From Kofleriaceae bacterium (lineage in GTDB: Bacteria; Myxococcota_A; Polyangia; Haliangiales; Haliangiaceae), in the NCBI GenBank assembly GCA_046597055.1, contig JBKJLC010000048.1, forward strand, positions 1 to 22,263: a stretch of DNA of 22,263 nt, given 5' to 3'. The notes under the pieces are model-generated. The model saw nothing but the letters and a program-made list of their open reading frames with translations, was not told where the DNA came from and searched no databases. Position numbers and translations under genes: made by a program. Positions within the stretch are counted from its first letter, which is position 1; each line of letters starts with the position of its first letter. Positions 1-12,251 of this stretch are shown here, one piece after another.

Positions 1-1353
1 GACGAGATCGAGCGGCTGATGACGCTCCACCCGATCAGCGGCGAGGTGATCTCCGACGACACCGAGCTTCACGTGTTCCCAGCCACCCACTACGTCGCCG
101 GTCCCGAGCGGATGGAGCGGGCGATCAAGGGCATCGAGCTCGAGCTCGAAGACCAGCTCGCCACCTTTGAGAAGCAGGGCAAGCTGCTCGAGGCGCAGCG
201 GCTGCGGATGCGCACGACGTACGACGTCGAGATGATGCGGCAGGTCGGATCCTGCTCCGGCATCGAGAACTACTCGATGCACATGGACGGCCGTCAGCCC
301 GGCACTGCCCCCAACACGCTCCTCGACTACTTCCCCGAGGACTTCGTCCTGGTGGTCGACGAGTCCCACGTGGCGGTGCCGCAGATCGGCGGGATGTATG
401 AGGGCGACATGTCGCGCAAGCGCAACCTCGTCGACCACGGCTTCCGCCTGCCGAGCGCGATGGACAACCGCCCGCTCAAGTTCGAGGAGTTCCTCGACCG
501 GATCGGACAGACGATCTATCTCTCGGCCACCCCCGGCCACTACGAGCTCGACAAGGTCGGCGGCGTCGACCACACCGTCCAGCAGATCATCCGTCCGACC
601 GGGCTCATCGACCCCGAGGTCGTCATCAAGCCCACCAAGGGCCAGATCGACGACCTGATCCACGAGATCCGCGAGCGGGCCGACAAGAACGAGCGTGTGC
701 TGGTCACCACGCTGACCAAGAAGATGTCGGAGGACCTCACCGACTACCTCCTCGACGCCGGCATCCGCACCCGCTACCTGCACTCCGAGGTCGACACGCT
801 GCGGCGCATCGAGCTGCTGCGCGAGCTACGGATGGGCGAGTACGACGTGCTGGTCGGCATCAACCTGCTCCGCGAGGGCCTCGACCTGCCCGAGGTCTCG
901 CTGGTCGCGATCCTCGACGCCGACAAGGAGGGCTTCCTCCGCTCGGCCCGGTCGCTGATCCAGACCATCGGCCGCGCCGCCCGCAACCTGCACGGCAAGG
1001 TGATCCTCTACGCCGACAAGGAGACCGAGTCGATCAAGCAGGCGGTCTCGGAGACCCGCCGCCGGCGCACGGTCCAGACCGCCTACAACCTCGCCCACGG
1101 CATCACGCCGCGCTCGGTGACCCGGCCGATCCTCGACTACCAGCCGGCGATGCCGATCCCGAAGAAGGGCAAGGGACCGACCGTGCTGGCCGCGCTGCCG
1201 ACGTCGATCGACGACCTCGACTCGCTGCGCGCGGCGATCAGCAAGCTGCGCCTCGCGATGAAGGCGGCCTCCGAGGATCTCGATTTCGAGCTGGCCGCGA
1301 CCCTGCGAGACAAGGCCCGCGAGCTCGAGATGGTCGAGCTCCAGGCCCGCTGA
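1..1353 (+). CDS. uvrB: Excinuclease ABC subunit B (UvrB), 5'-truncated at window edge
   Basis: Motifs FPATHYV, GIENYS, DESH (helicase motif II), [57 protein letters not shown], and a C-terminal UVR coiled coil ([11 protein letters not shown]). The frame is open from base 1. Confidence 0.97.
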   Translation, partial: DEIERLMTLHPISGEVISDDTELHVFPATHYVAGPERMERAIKGIELELEDQLATFEKQGKLLEAQRLRMRTTYDVEMMRQVGSCSGIENYSMHMDGRQPGTAPNTLLDYFPEDFVLVVDESHVAVPQIGGMYEGDMSRKRNLVDHGFRLPSAMDNRPLKFEEFLDRIGQTIYLSATPGHYELDKVGGVDHTVQQIIRPTGLIDPEVVIKPTKGQIDDLIHEIRERADKNERVLVTTLTKKMSEDLTDYLLDAGIRTRYLHSEVDTLRRIELLRELRMGEYDVLVGINLLREGLDLPEVSLVAILDADKEGFLRSARSLIQTIGRAARNLHGKVILYADKETESIKQAVSETRRRRTVQTAYNLAHGITPRSVTRPILDYQPAMPIPKKGKGPTVLAALPTSIDDLDSLRAAISKLRLAMKAASEDLDFELAATLRDKARELEMVELQAR

Positions 1354-1463
1354 CGCGGTGCCGGCCGCACCGGCGTGCCGAAAGTACGATGAGGGACGGG
1401 TGCTCGCGCGCCCGCCCCTGGTCGTCGTGGCTCGCGGGTGCGAGCCGATCTGGGCGACGTCCG

Positions 1464-1838
1464 CTACATCGCGTGCAGACCCACGACGTTGCCGTCGAGG
1501 TCCTTGATCACCGCGATCCAACCGTGCTCGCCGATCGCGGTGGTCGGCTGGAGCTCGGTGGCGCCCGCCTGCTTGGCGCGCTCGAGGCACGCCGGCACCC
1601 CGTCGGGGCAGTCGAGGTAGATCACGACCCCGCCCGCGCCCGGCTGCATCGGCGAGCGCTCGACCACCGCGCCGATCACGCCGCAGTCGCTGCCGCGGAC
1701 CTCGGCCGGGAACACCGCGTGGGGCACGCCGCCGAAGTCGGTGCGCTTGAGGGTCAGGCCGAGCGCCTGCTCGTAGAACCGGGCCGCCTTGTCGAGGTTG
1801 TGGGAGGGGATCTCGAACCAGTTGATCGCGTTCTTCAT
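1464..1838 (-). CDS. VOC (glyoxalase/bleomycin-resistance) family protein
   Basis: 124 aa with the typical VOC pattern INWFEIP...AARFYEQALG...G.IAVIKDLDGNVVGLH; AAGGA RBS upstream on the minus strand. Confidence 0.9.
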   Translation of the reverse strand: MKNAINWFEIPSHNLDKAARFYEQALGLTLKRTDFGGVPHAVFPAEVRGSDCGVIGAVVERSPMQPGAGGVVIYLDCPDGVPACLERAKQAGATELQPTTAIGEHGWIAVIKDLDGNVVGLHAM

Positions 1839-1896
1839 GGTGGGATTCCTTGCTGCGTGGTTGGGGCCCGGTCACCACCGGGCCGATGTGGACTTG

Positions 1897-1929
1897 ACGC
1901 TACCCCCAGCGTTTGACAGCCTTCTGTCA
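1897..1929. promoter_or_regulatory. WYL-regulator operator TGACAG-N4-CTGTCA (1914-1929) plus minus-strand -10 TAGCGT (1902-1897) for the VOC gene
   Basis: Perfect inverted repeat 6 nt upstream of the WYL gene ATG. The minus strand reads TGTCAA-N10-TAGCGT. Confidence 0.7.
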
Positions 1930-1935
1930 GCTTTC

Positions 1936-2595
1936 ATGCGCCGCCGCTCACGCCTGTTCGCGCTCGCCGAGGCCCTCCGCGGCCGACGGACCGGCGTCAC
2001 CGCCCAGCAGCTGGCCGACCGCTTCGGCGTCACGATCCGCACGATCTACCGCGACCTCGACGCGCTCCAGGACGGCGGCCTGCCGCTCAAGGCCGACCGC
2101 GGCCGCGGCGGCGGCTACGCGCTCGACAAGTCGTACCAGCTCCCGCCGGTCAACCTCACCGCGCGCGAGGCAGCGCTCCTGGTCGCGCTCGGCCGCATGG
2201 CGATCGACCAGCGCTTGATCCCGTTCGTCGCCCCGCTCGAGTCCGCGCTCGACAAGGTGCGCGGCGCCCTCACCGCGTCGGCCCAGCGCGAGCTCTTGCG
2301 CCTGGTCGATCAGCTTCAGATCGTCGGCGTGCCGGCGATGCCAATCCCGGCGTCCGTACGCGCCGCCGTCGAGCTGGCGTGGTTCGAGGACCGCGCGCTC
2401 CGCATCCACTACCGCAAGGTGCCGTATCACCCGCTGCAGGTGCGCACGATCAAGATCCGGACCCTGGTGTTCGATCGCCAGGTGACGCTGCTCAACTCGA
2501 CCGATCTCGAGTCGGGCGAGGATCGGCAGTTCCGCCTCGACCGCGTCGAGCGGGCCGAGGCGATCGAGCCCGCCCTCGGCACCACCGCCTCCTGA
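1936..2595 (+). CDS. YafY-like HTH-WYL transcriptional regulator (219 aa)
   Basis: N-terminal wHTH MRRRSRLFAL...TAQQLADRFGVTIRTIYRDLDALQDGG...GRGGGY, and WYL-domain end RQFRLDRV. Start placed at ATG 1936, where family similarity begins. Confidence 0.92.
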   Translation: MRRRSRLFALAEALRGRRTGVTAQQLADRFGVTIRTIYRDLDALQDGGLPLKADRGRGGGYALDKSYQLPPVNLTAREAALLVALGRMAIDQRLIPFVAPLESALDKVRGALTASAQRELLRLVDQLQIVGVPAMPIPASVRAAVELAWFEDRALRIHYRKVPYHPLQVRTIKIRTLVFDRQVTLLNSTDLESGEDRQFRLDRVERAEAIEPALGTTAS

Positions 2596-2680
2596 GCGGC
2601 GCACCGCGAGGCGGCGCTGCGCCGGGCCGAGCCCGCGCGGCCGCGTGAGCTCACGGACGGCGGCCAAATTCGACCCGATC

Positions 2681-3292
2681 TCAGCGCCTGAGATATCGGA
2701 TCCGCCAGATCGGCAGGCCGGTCTCCTCGGCGTTCTGCTCGCGCCATGATCGCACGCCGTACGGATTGCCGGCCCGCCAGAACGACCACGCGGCGGCCTG
2801 GTTGGCGAACGCGTCGTCACGCCGCTCGAACGCCTCCATCGCGTCGAGCGCCACGTCCCAGACGTCGGACTGCACCAGCACCTCGGCGCCGGGCCGCGTG
2901 ATCGCGGCGATGCCTGCGACCAGCACGCCGTCGACCATGCGGCGCTCGGCGTGCCGCCGCTTGAACCACGGATCGGGGAAGTTGATGTAGACCCGGTCGA
3001 TCGACGCCGGCGGGAAGATGTCGGTCAGGTGCTTCTGCGCCTGGCAGAACACCGCCACCACCGGCGCGCCGGTCTCGCCTGCCTTCTTGTTCACCAGGTC
3101 GACGAAGTCGTGACGGATCTCGAGGCCGACGTAGGTCCGCGCCGGGTCCGCCGCCGCCAGCTCGAACAGGAACTGGGCGTCCGCGCAGCCGATCTCGACG
3201 TCGACCGGCCGCCCGGCCGGCAGGGTGGGCGCGACCCCGCGGAACTCGTCGAAGAACGAGAGCAGTGGGTTGACGTGCTGCCGGATTCGCAT
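2681..3292 (-). CDS. trmB: tRNA (guanine-N7)-methyltransferase TrmB
   Basis: RIRQHVNPL N-terminus, EIGC, GLEIR, NFPDPWFKRRH and QSDV motifs. Confidence 0.9.
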   Translation of the reverse strand: MRIRQHVNPLLSFFDEFRGVAPTLPAGRPVDVEIGCADAQFLFELAAADPARTYVGLEIRHDFVDLVNKKAGETGAPVVAVFCQAQKHLTDIFPPASIDRVYINFPDPWFKRRHAERRMVDGVLVAGIAAITRPGAEVLVQSDVWDVALDAMEAFERRDDAFANQAAAWSFWRAGNPYGVRSWREQNAEETGLPIWRIRYLRR

Positions 3293-3301
3293 GCGCGCCG
3301 C

Positions 3302-3754
3302 TCAGGGGGTCGGGACGATGACCGCGTCGAGCGCGAGGAACCCGAACTGGCGCACGTTGAGCGGCGAGCTCAGCGCGGCGAGCGCCGCGCGGTCGACCCA
3401 GCGCCAATCCACCAGCTCGTCGTTGGGCACGATCACCGCGTCGGCATCGACCTCGGCGACGAACACGAAGTTCAGGTGCAGGCCCTTCGAGCCGGCCAGG
3501 TGCTCCTCGTAGCCGAGCAGCCCCCACGGCACCCCGTCGAGCGCGCCGGCCAGCGGCCCGAACCGGCCGATCAGGCCGGTCTCCTCGCGCAGCTCGCGCG
3601 CGGCCGCTTCGATCGGGGTCTCGCCCGCTTCCAGCTCGCCCCCGACGGGCAGCCAGGTCCCGAGCCGGCGGTGCAGGATCGCGAGCACCTCGCCGCCCGG
3701 GCCGCCACGACGCGCGTAGATCGCGACCGAGAACGCGCGCCGCTCGGCGGTCAC
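3302..3754 (-). CDS. NUDIX hydrolase
   Basis: Nudix box GGELEAGETPIEAAARELREETG. GTG start at 3754 overlaps the upstream gene's TGA (GTGA). Confidence 0.9.
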   Translation of the reverse strand: MTAERRAFSVAIYARRGGPGGEVLAILHRRLGTWLPVGGELEAGETPIEAAARELREETGLIGRFGPLAGALDGVPWGLLGYEEHLAGSKGLHLNFVFVAEVDADAVIVPNDELVDWRWVDRAALAALSSPLNVRQFGFLALDAVIVPTP

Positions 3755-4116
3755 GGCGTCACCTCGAAGTCGCCGCCGCCCGACGACCGACCGTCGACGG
3801 TGACCACCACGACGGTCGATCCGATCGCCGCCCCGGTCGGCACCGTCACCGCGATCGCGTCGTCGCGCCACGCCTGCACCGCCGCGCGCGCGGCCGGCAG
3901 CTCGAGGCCGAACACCACCGAGCCCGGCGGCAGCGGGACGCAGTCGCCCGTCGCGCTGCCGCGGCCGTCGCCGCAGAAGCCGGTGCCGTGCACGCGCACG
4001 GTCGCGCCCCGCGGCGCCTGCGCCGGCTCGACCGCCGCGATCTGCGGGCCGGGCGCCTCGCACGCGGCGACCGGCCGGCCGAGCGACAGCGCCATCATCG
4101 TCAGCGCGCCACGCAC
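3751..4116 (-). CDS. Small putative lipoprotein with an IPT/TIG-like domain
   Basis: VAAC lipobox-like motif, then PQIAAVEPAQAPRGATVRVHGTGF...V.FG...W.DDAIAVTVP...V.VTVDG.SS..FEV (IPT/TIG-like beta-sandwich pattern). Start uncertain (GTG 4116 or ATG 4098). Confidence 0.65.
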   Translation of the reverse strand: MRGALTMMALSLGRPVAACEAPGPQIAAVEPAQAPRGATVRVHGTGFCGDGRGSATGDCVPLPPGSVVFGLELPAARAAVQAWRDDAIAVTVPTGAAIGSTVVVVTVDGRSSGGGDFEVTP

Positions 4117-4138
4117 GCCGGATCCCGGCCGCCCCGGC

Positions 4139-4783
<645 letters not shown>

Positions 4784-4957
4784 GGCGGCTCCTCGTGCTG
4801 CGACCGACGAACTTGCGCGCGCGGCCCGACGGTCGTAGCGTGGCCGCGCTCGGCGCGCACTCTACGCAGGCGTCGATCGCCGGTCAATCAGCGTCGGATC
4901 GCTCGGATCCGCGCCGGTCGTCTCCGCCTCGTTTCCCGATCAGGTTCGCACGTCTCC

Positions 4958-5800
4958 ATGGCCAAGCACGTCATCGTCGGTTGTACGGGTCTCCCACACG
5001 GGGTCGGCTGGCCTCGCTACTTTCAGCGGCTGCCCTACCTGGAGCTGGCCGCGCTTCACAACGGCCCAGTCCGGCCGTCGCTGCTGAGCAAGTGGCGTGG
5101 TTCCGCAAAACATCCCAAGGCATTCGGCGTCGTGGCCCCCGCGACCATCACGCACACGCCGGGGCCGCGCGGCTACGGCGAACGCGGATGGCCGGTGCCG
5201 CCGGGCCGCGCTCACGAGCTCGGCGCCTTCCGGGCCACCGAACCGGTCGCCCAGGCCACCACCCTCCTGGCCGAGAGCAGCACCGCGCTCGACGCCGGCA
5301 CCGTCATCTTCCGATCGCCGCCCGACTTCTCGCCGTCGCAGTCCAATCGCGACGCGATGCGACGCTACTTCAGCGAGGTCGGCACCGCCGAACGCTTCGC
5401 AGGTAGCGTCCGGGTCTGGCATCCGTCGGGGCTGTGGGATCCGCCCATCGCGCACGCGTTTGCGCGCGATCTCGGCATCCTGTGTGGGCTCGATCCCCTT
5501 GGCTCCGACCCCGAGCGCATGTTCGCGTCGTTCTGGGCCGAGATGGCCGGCGAGGAGGCGTACTACGTCGTCTCCGGCATCGGCCGGTCGCGGCGCCGCA
5601 CGAGCAACGACCAGCTCGAGGAGCTGGCCGAAGTCGCGGCGCGCCACGACCGTGCGTGGGTCGTGTTCGCCACCATGGAGCCGTTCCCCGACGCGATCCG
5701 CTTCTCACGGGTCGTGACCGGTCACAGCGCCGAGGCTGATTCGCTCGATGACGAGCCCGACGCCGAGGCAGACGACCCCGACGCCGAGGCGGGGGACTGA
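4958..5800 (+). CDS. DUF72-like (YecE/YunF) TIM-barrel protein
   Basis: IVGCTG...YFQRLPYLEL...P....L.KWR......F.V.AP..ITH...FRSPPDF pattern; acidic C-terminal tail. ATG at 4958. Confidence 0.7.
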   Translation: MAKHVIVGCTGLPHGVGWPRYFQRLPYLELAALHNGPVRPSLLSKWRGSAKHPKAFGVVAPATITHTPGPRGYGERGWPVPPGRAHELGAFRATEPVAQATTLLAESSTALDAGTVIFRSPPDFSPSQSNRDAMRRYFSEVGTAERFAGSVRVWHPSGLWDPPIAHAFARDLGILCGLDPLGSDPERMFASFWAEMAGEEAYYVVSGIGRSRRRTSNDQLEELAEVAARHDRAWVVFATMEPFPDAIRFSRVVTGHSAEADSLDDEPDAEADDPDAEAGD

Positions 5801-5802
5801 CG

Positions 5803-6018
5803 CTACAAGAAGAACGTCGCCCGGGGCACCGGCAGTTCCCCGACGATTTTTGGTGGGAGCGGCTTGCTGGGACGCTCGACGGTGATTCGCTGAACTGGAG
5901 CTTCTGAGGCTTGTGATGCTCTGGGCGCCGACGCCGCCATCGACTTCTTCGTCGACCGCGTGCTCTTGATGGAACCCTTGCGCTGAGCCGGACGCGCAGA
6001 CCGCTGAAATCTGGCCAT
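5803..6018 (-). CDS. Small basic hypothetical protein (71 aa)
   Basis: ATG 6018 preceded by a G-rich RBS-like run, with a TTGACA-N18-TACTCT promoter upstream. Fills the gap between the DUF72-like gene and pepA. Confidence 0.55.
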   Translation of the reverse strand: MARFQRSARPAQRKGSIKSTRSTKKSMAASAPRASQASEAPVQRITVERPSKPLPPKIVGELPVPRATFFL

Positions 6019-6047
6019 ATTTCCCCCCCAGGGAATGCGACTCTCCG

Positions 6048-6077
6048 AGAGTAAAGACGGCCGTCCATCCATGTCAA
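6048..6077 (-). promoter_or_regulatory. sigma70-type promoter for the small basic ORF
   Basis: Minus strand TTGACA (6077-6072), 18 nt, TACTCT (6053-6048). Confidence 0.6.
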
Positions 6078-6093
6078 TCGGCCGGCGGACTCC

Positions 6094-6122
6094 TTTACAA
6101 GCGGTCCGTCCTTTCCTATAAA
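6094..6122 (+). promoter_or_regulatory. sigma70-type promoter for pepA
   Basis: TTTACA (6094-6099), 17 nt, TATAAA (6117-6122); AGGAG RBS downstream. Confidence 0.6.
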
Positions 6123-6153
6123 CGTTCAACTTTTCAGGAGAGTCGGGTAACCT

Positions 6154-7671
<1,518 letters not shown>

Positions 7672-7727
7672 TCTCCGCAACCGACCGGAATCGCTATGAT
7701 TCCGTCTGGCTGGCGCCGAGCGCTGGT

Positions 7728-7756
7728 TTGACTCGATGTCCGTGGGCTGGTAGAAT
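7728..7756 (+). promoter_or_regulatory. Near-consensus sigma70 promoter of carD/cdnL
   Basis: TTGACT (7728-7733), 17 nt, TAGAAT (7751-7756). Confidence 0.7.
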
Positions 7757-7790
7757 AGCCTCCTTCCAGGTCCGTTCTGGCGAGGGCACT

Positions 7791-8291
7791 TTGAAGCAAC
7801 AGTTCCAGATCGGTGACAAGGCGGTCTATCCCGTACACGGCGTCGCGGAAGTCGTCGCGTTCGAGAAGCGCGACATCGGCGGGGCCCAGACGACGGTCTA
7901 CATCCTCAAGATTGTCGAGACCGGCCTCAAGATCATGGTGCCGCAGGCGAACGCCGCGGCCGTCGGCCTCCGCGAGCTCATCGGCGCCAAGCAGGTGAAG
8001 GAGGTCTACGCGATCCTCAAGTCGCGCGACGTCCCCCGCGATACCCAGACGTGGAATCGCCGCTACCGCGAGTACATGGAGAAGATCAAGACCGGCAGCG
8101 TGTTCGAGATCGCCGAGGTCCTGCGCGACCTCAGCGTGCTCCGGCACACGAAGGACCTGTCGTTCGGCGAGCGCCGCATGCTCGAGAACGCGCGCGCCCT
8201 GCTGGTCAAAGAGATCGCGATCGCCAAGGGCACGCCCGAGGACAAGGTCGCCGCCGAGATCGACGCGATGTTCGCCAAGGCTGCGGCCTGA
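7791..8291 (+). CDS. cdnL: CarD/CdnL family RNA polymerase-binding regulator
   Basis: FQIGDKAVYPVHGVAEV, IMVP, GLR, QTWNRRYREYMEKIKTGS (conserved Trp), LSFGERRML. TTG start at 7791 after GAGG. No HMGA tail, so CdnL-type. Confidence 0.92.
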   Translation: MKQQFQIGDKAVYPVHGVAEVVAFEKRDIGGAQTTVYILKIVETGLKIMVPQANAAAVGLRELIGAKQVKEVYAILKSRDVPRDTQTWNRRYREYMEKIKTGSVFEIAEVLRDLSVLRHTKDLSFGERRMLENARALLVKEIAIAKGTPEDKVAAEIDAMFAKAAA

Positions 8292-8421
8292 ACCGAACGA
8301 CGCGCGGCCAGGGCCGACCCCGGCCTGCGCCGCGTTCACGCCTGAGCCGCGCGAGGCGAGGCGGCTCTGGGTCCGGACAGATCGTGCGCGGCCTCCGGGC
8401 CGCGGCCGACCGATCGTAAGG

Positions 8422-8451
8422 GAGGGTGTGATTCTCTCGAATCACACCCTC
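8422..8451. terminator. Perfect 13-bp stem-loop between convergent cdnL and gyrB (probable terminator or stabiliser)
   Basis: GAGGGTGTGATTC-tctc-GAATCACACCCTC. No poly-U tract on either side. Confidence 0.5.
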
Positions 8452-8546
8452 TGAGCGCCGCCGGCCAGGTCGATCCTGGCTCGGCGTCTTGCGGTCACGA
8501 TGGACCGTGGCGTCCTGCGGCCAGCCGCCGGACGTGACCCTGCTGG

Positions 8547-11114
<2,568 letters not shown>

Positions 11115-12224
11115 TCAAGGCATCGATTTTATTACGGAAATCGACCCGTCGCGTACCTCGTGATCGATGCGGTCGGCACGCAGCTTGACGTGGCGGGGAT
11201 GGGTGGTGGTGATGAAACACTGCAGGTCGCGCTGAGCCAAGTGTTCGAACAGGTACAGGTTTCTGGCCTCGTCGAGCTCGCTCGAGACGTCGTCAAGCAG
11301 CAGGATCGGTGGGTCACCGTGGGCCTCGCGCAGGAGGTCCATCTCTGCGGTCTTCCAGGCCAGCACGACCGCGCGGAGCTGTCCTTGGGAGGCGTAGTTG
11401 GCGGCGAGCTCCCCCGACAGGCTGAAGACGAGGTCGTCGCGATGGGGACCGAGCGTGGTCGAGCCGCGCGCCAGGTCGCGACCGCGGTCGCGTAGCAGGC
11501 CGGCGGTCACCGCCGCTGCGTCGCCGGCGGCCAGCTCGGGCGCCGTCACGTGCGCCAGGCCGACCGGCAGCCCGGTCCGGGTGATCGCGGCAAAGGCGGC
11601 ATCGAAGCGTGGACGCAGCTCGTCCAGGTAGGCGCGCCGCGCTGCGACGATCGCCAGCGCGAGCGGCACCAGCTGGTCGTCGTATACCGGCAGCAGGTCG
11701 AGCGCCTTGCGATCGCCTTCTCCGGCGGCGCGGAGCACGGCGTTGCGGCTCTTGAGGACCTTGTCGTAGCCCTGCGCGGTGTCGAGGTAGCTCGCGTGAC
11801 GCGCGAACACGGCCCGGTCGAGGAAGCGGCGGCGGTCGGCTGGCGCGCCGCGGGCGATCGCCAGGTCTTCGGGGGCAAACAGTACGACGTTGAAGGCGCC
11901 GAAGTAGCGGGCGAGCGGCCGCGGCGTCTTGCCATCGAGGGTGACCACCCGCCGGGTCGGCTCGATCGTGACGTCGTAGCGGCGCTCGAGGCCGTCCTTG
12001 ACCACCCGTGCCGCCAGGCGGGCTCGCGGGGCGCCGCGGGCGACCACGTCGGCCAGCCGGCTGGTGCGGAACGACCGCAGCGTGGCGAGCACGTAGACGG
12101 TCTCGACCAGGTTGGTCTTGCCCTGGCCGTTGTCGCCGTAGAAGACGTTGAAGCGCGGGCCCGGGGTGAGCCGGACGGCGGCGAGGTTGCGCGCCGCTTC
12201 GACCGAGAGCGCCGTGATGCGCAG
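11115..12224 (-). CDS. recF: DNA replication/repair protein RecF (probable CTG start)
   Basis: Walker A GDNGQGKTN lies upstream of the track's GTG (12092). Also RRRFLD, GPHRDDL, SQGQ, LLLDDVSSELD. LRITAL matches the usual RecF N-terminus; GGAG sits 5 nt before the CTG at 12224. Confidence 0.93.
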   Translation of the reverse strand: MRITALSVEAARNLAAVRLTPGPRFNVFYGDNGQGKTNLVETVYVLATLRSFRTSRLADVVARGAPRARLAARVVKDGLERRYDVTIEPTRRVVTLDGKTPRPLARYFGAFNVVLFAPEDLAIARGAPADRRRFLDRAVFARHASYLDTAQGYDKVLKSRNAVLRAAGEGDRKALDLLPVYDDQLVPLALAIVAARRAYLDELRPRFDAAFAAITRTGLPVGLAHVTAPELAAGDAAAVTAGLLRDRGRDLARGSTTLGPHRDDLVFSLSGELAANYASQGQLRAVVLAWKTAEMDLLREAHGDPPILLLDDVSSELDEARNLYLFEHLAQRDLQCFITTTHPRHVKLRADRIDHEVRDGSISVIKSMP

Positions 12225-12251
12225 GAGAGCTCCGCGGCCCGCGCCGGGCGG

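Noticed and set aside
1354..1463. Intrinsic terminator between uvrB and the VOC gene
   Set aside because: Only short GC stems with no U-tract; not distinguishable from background.
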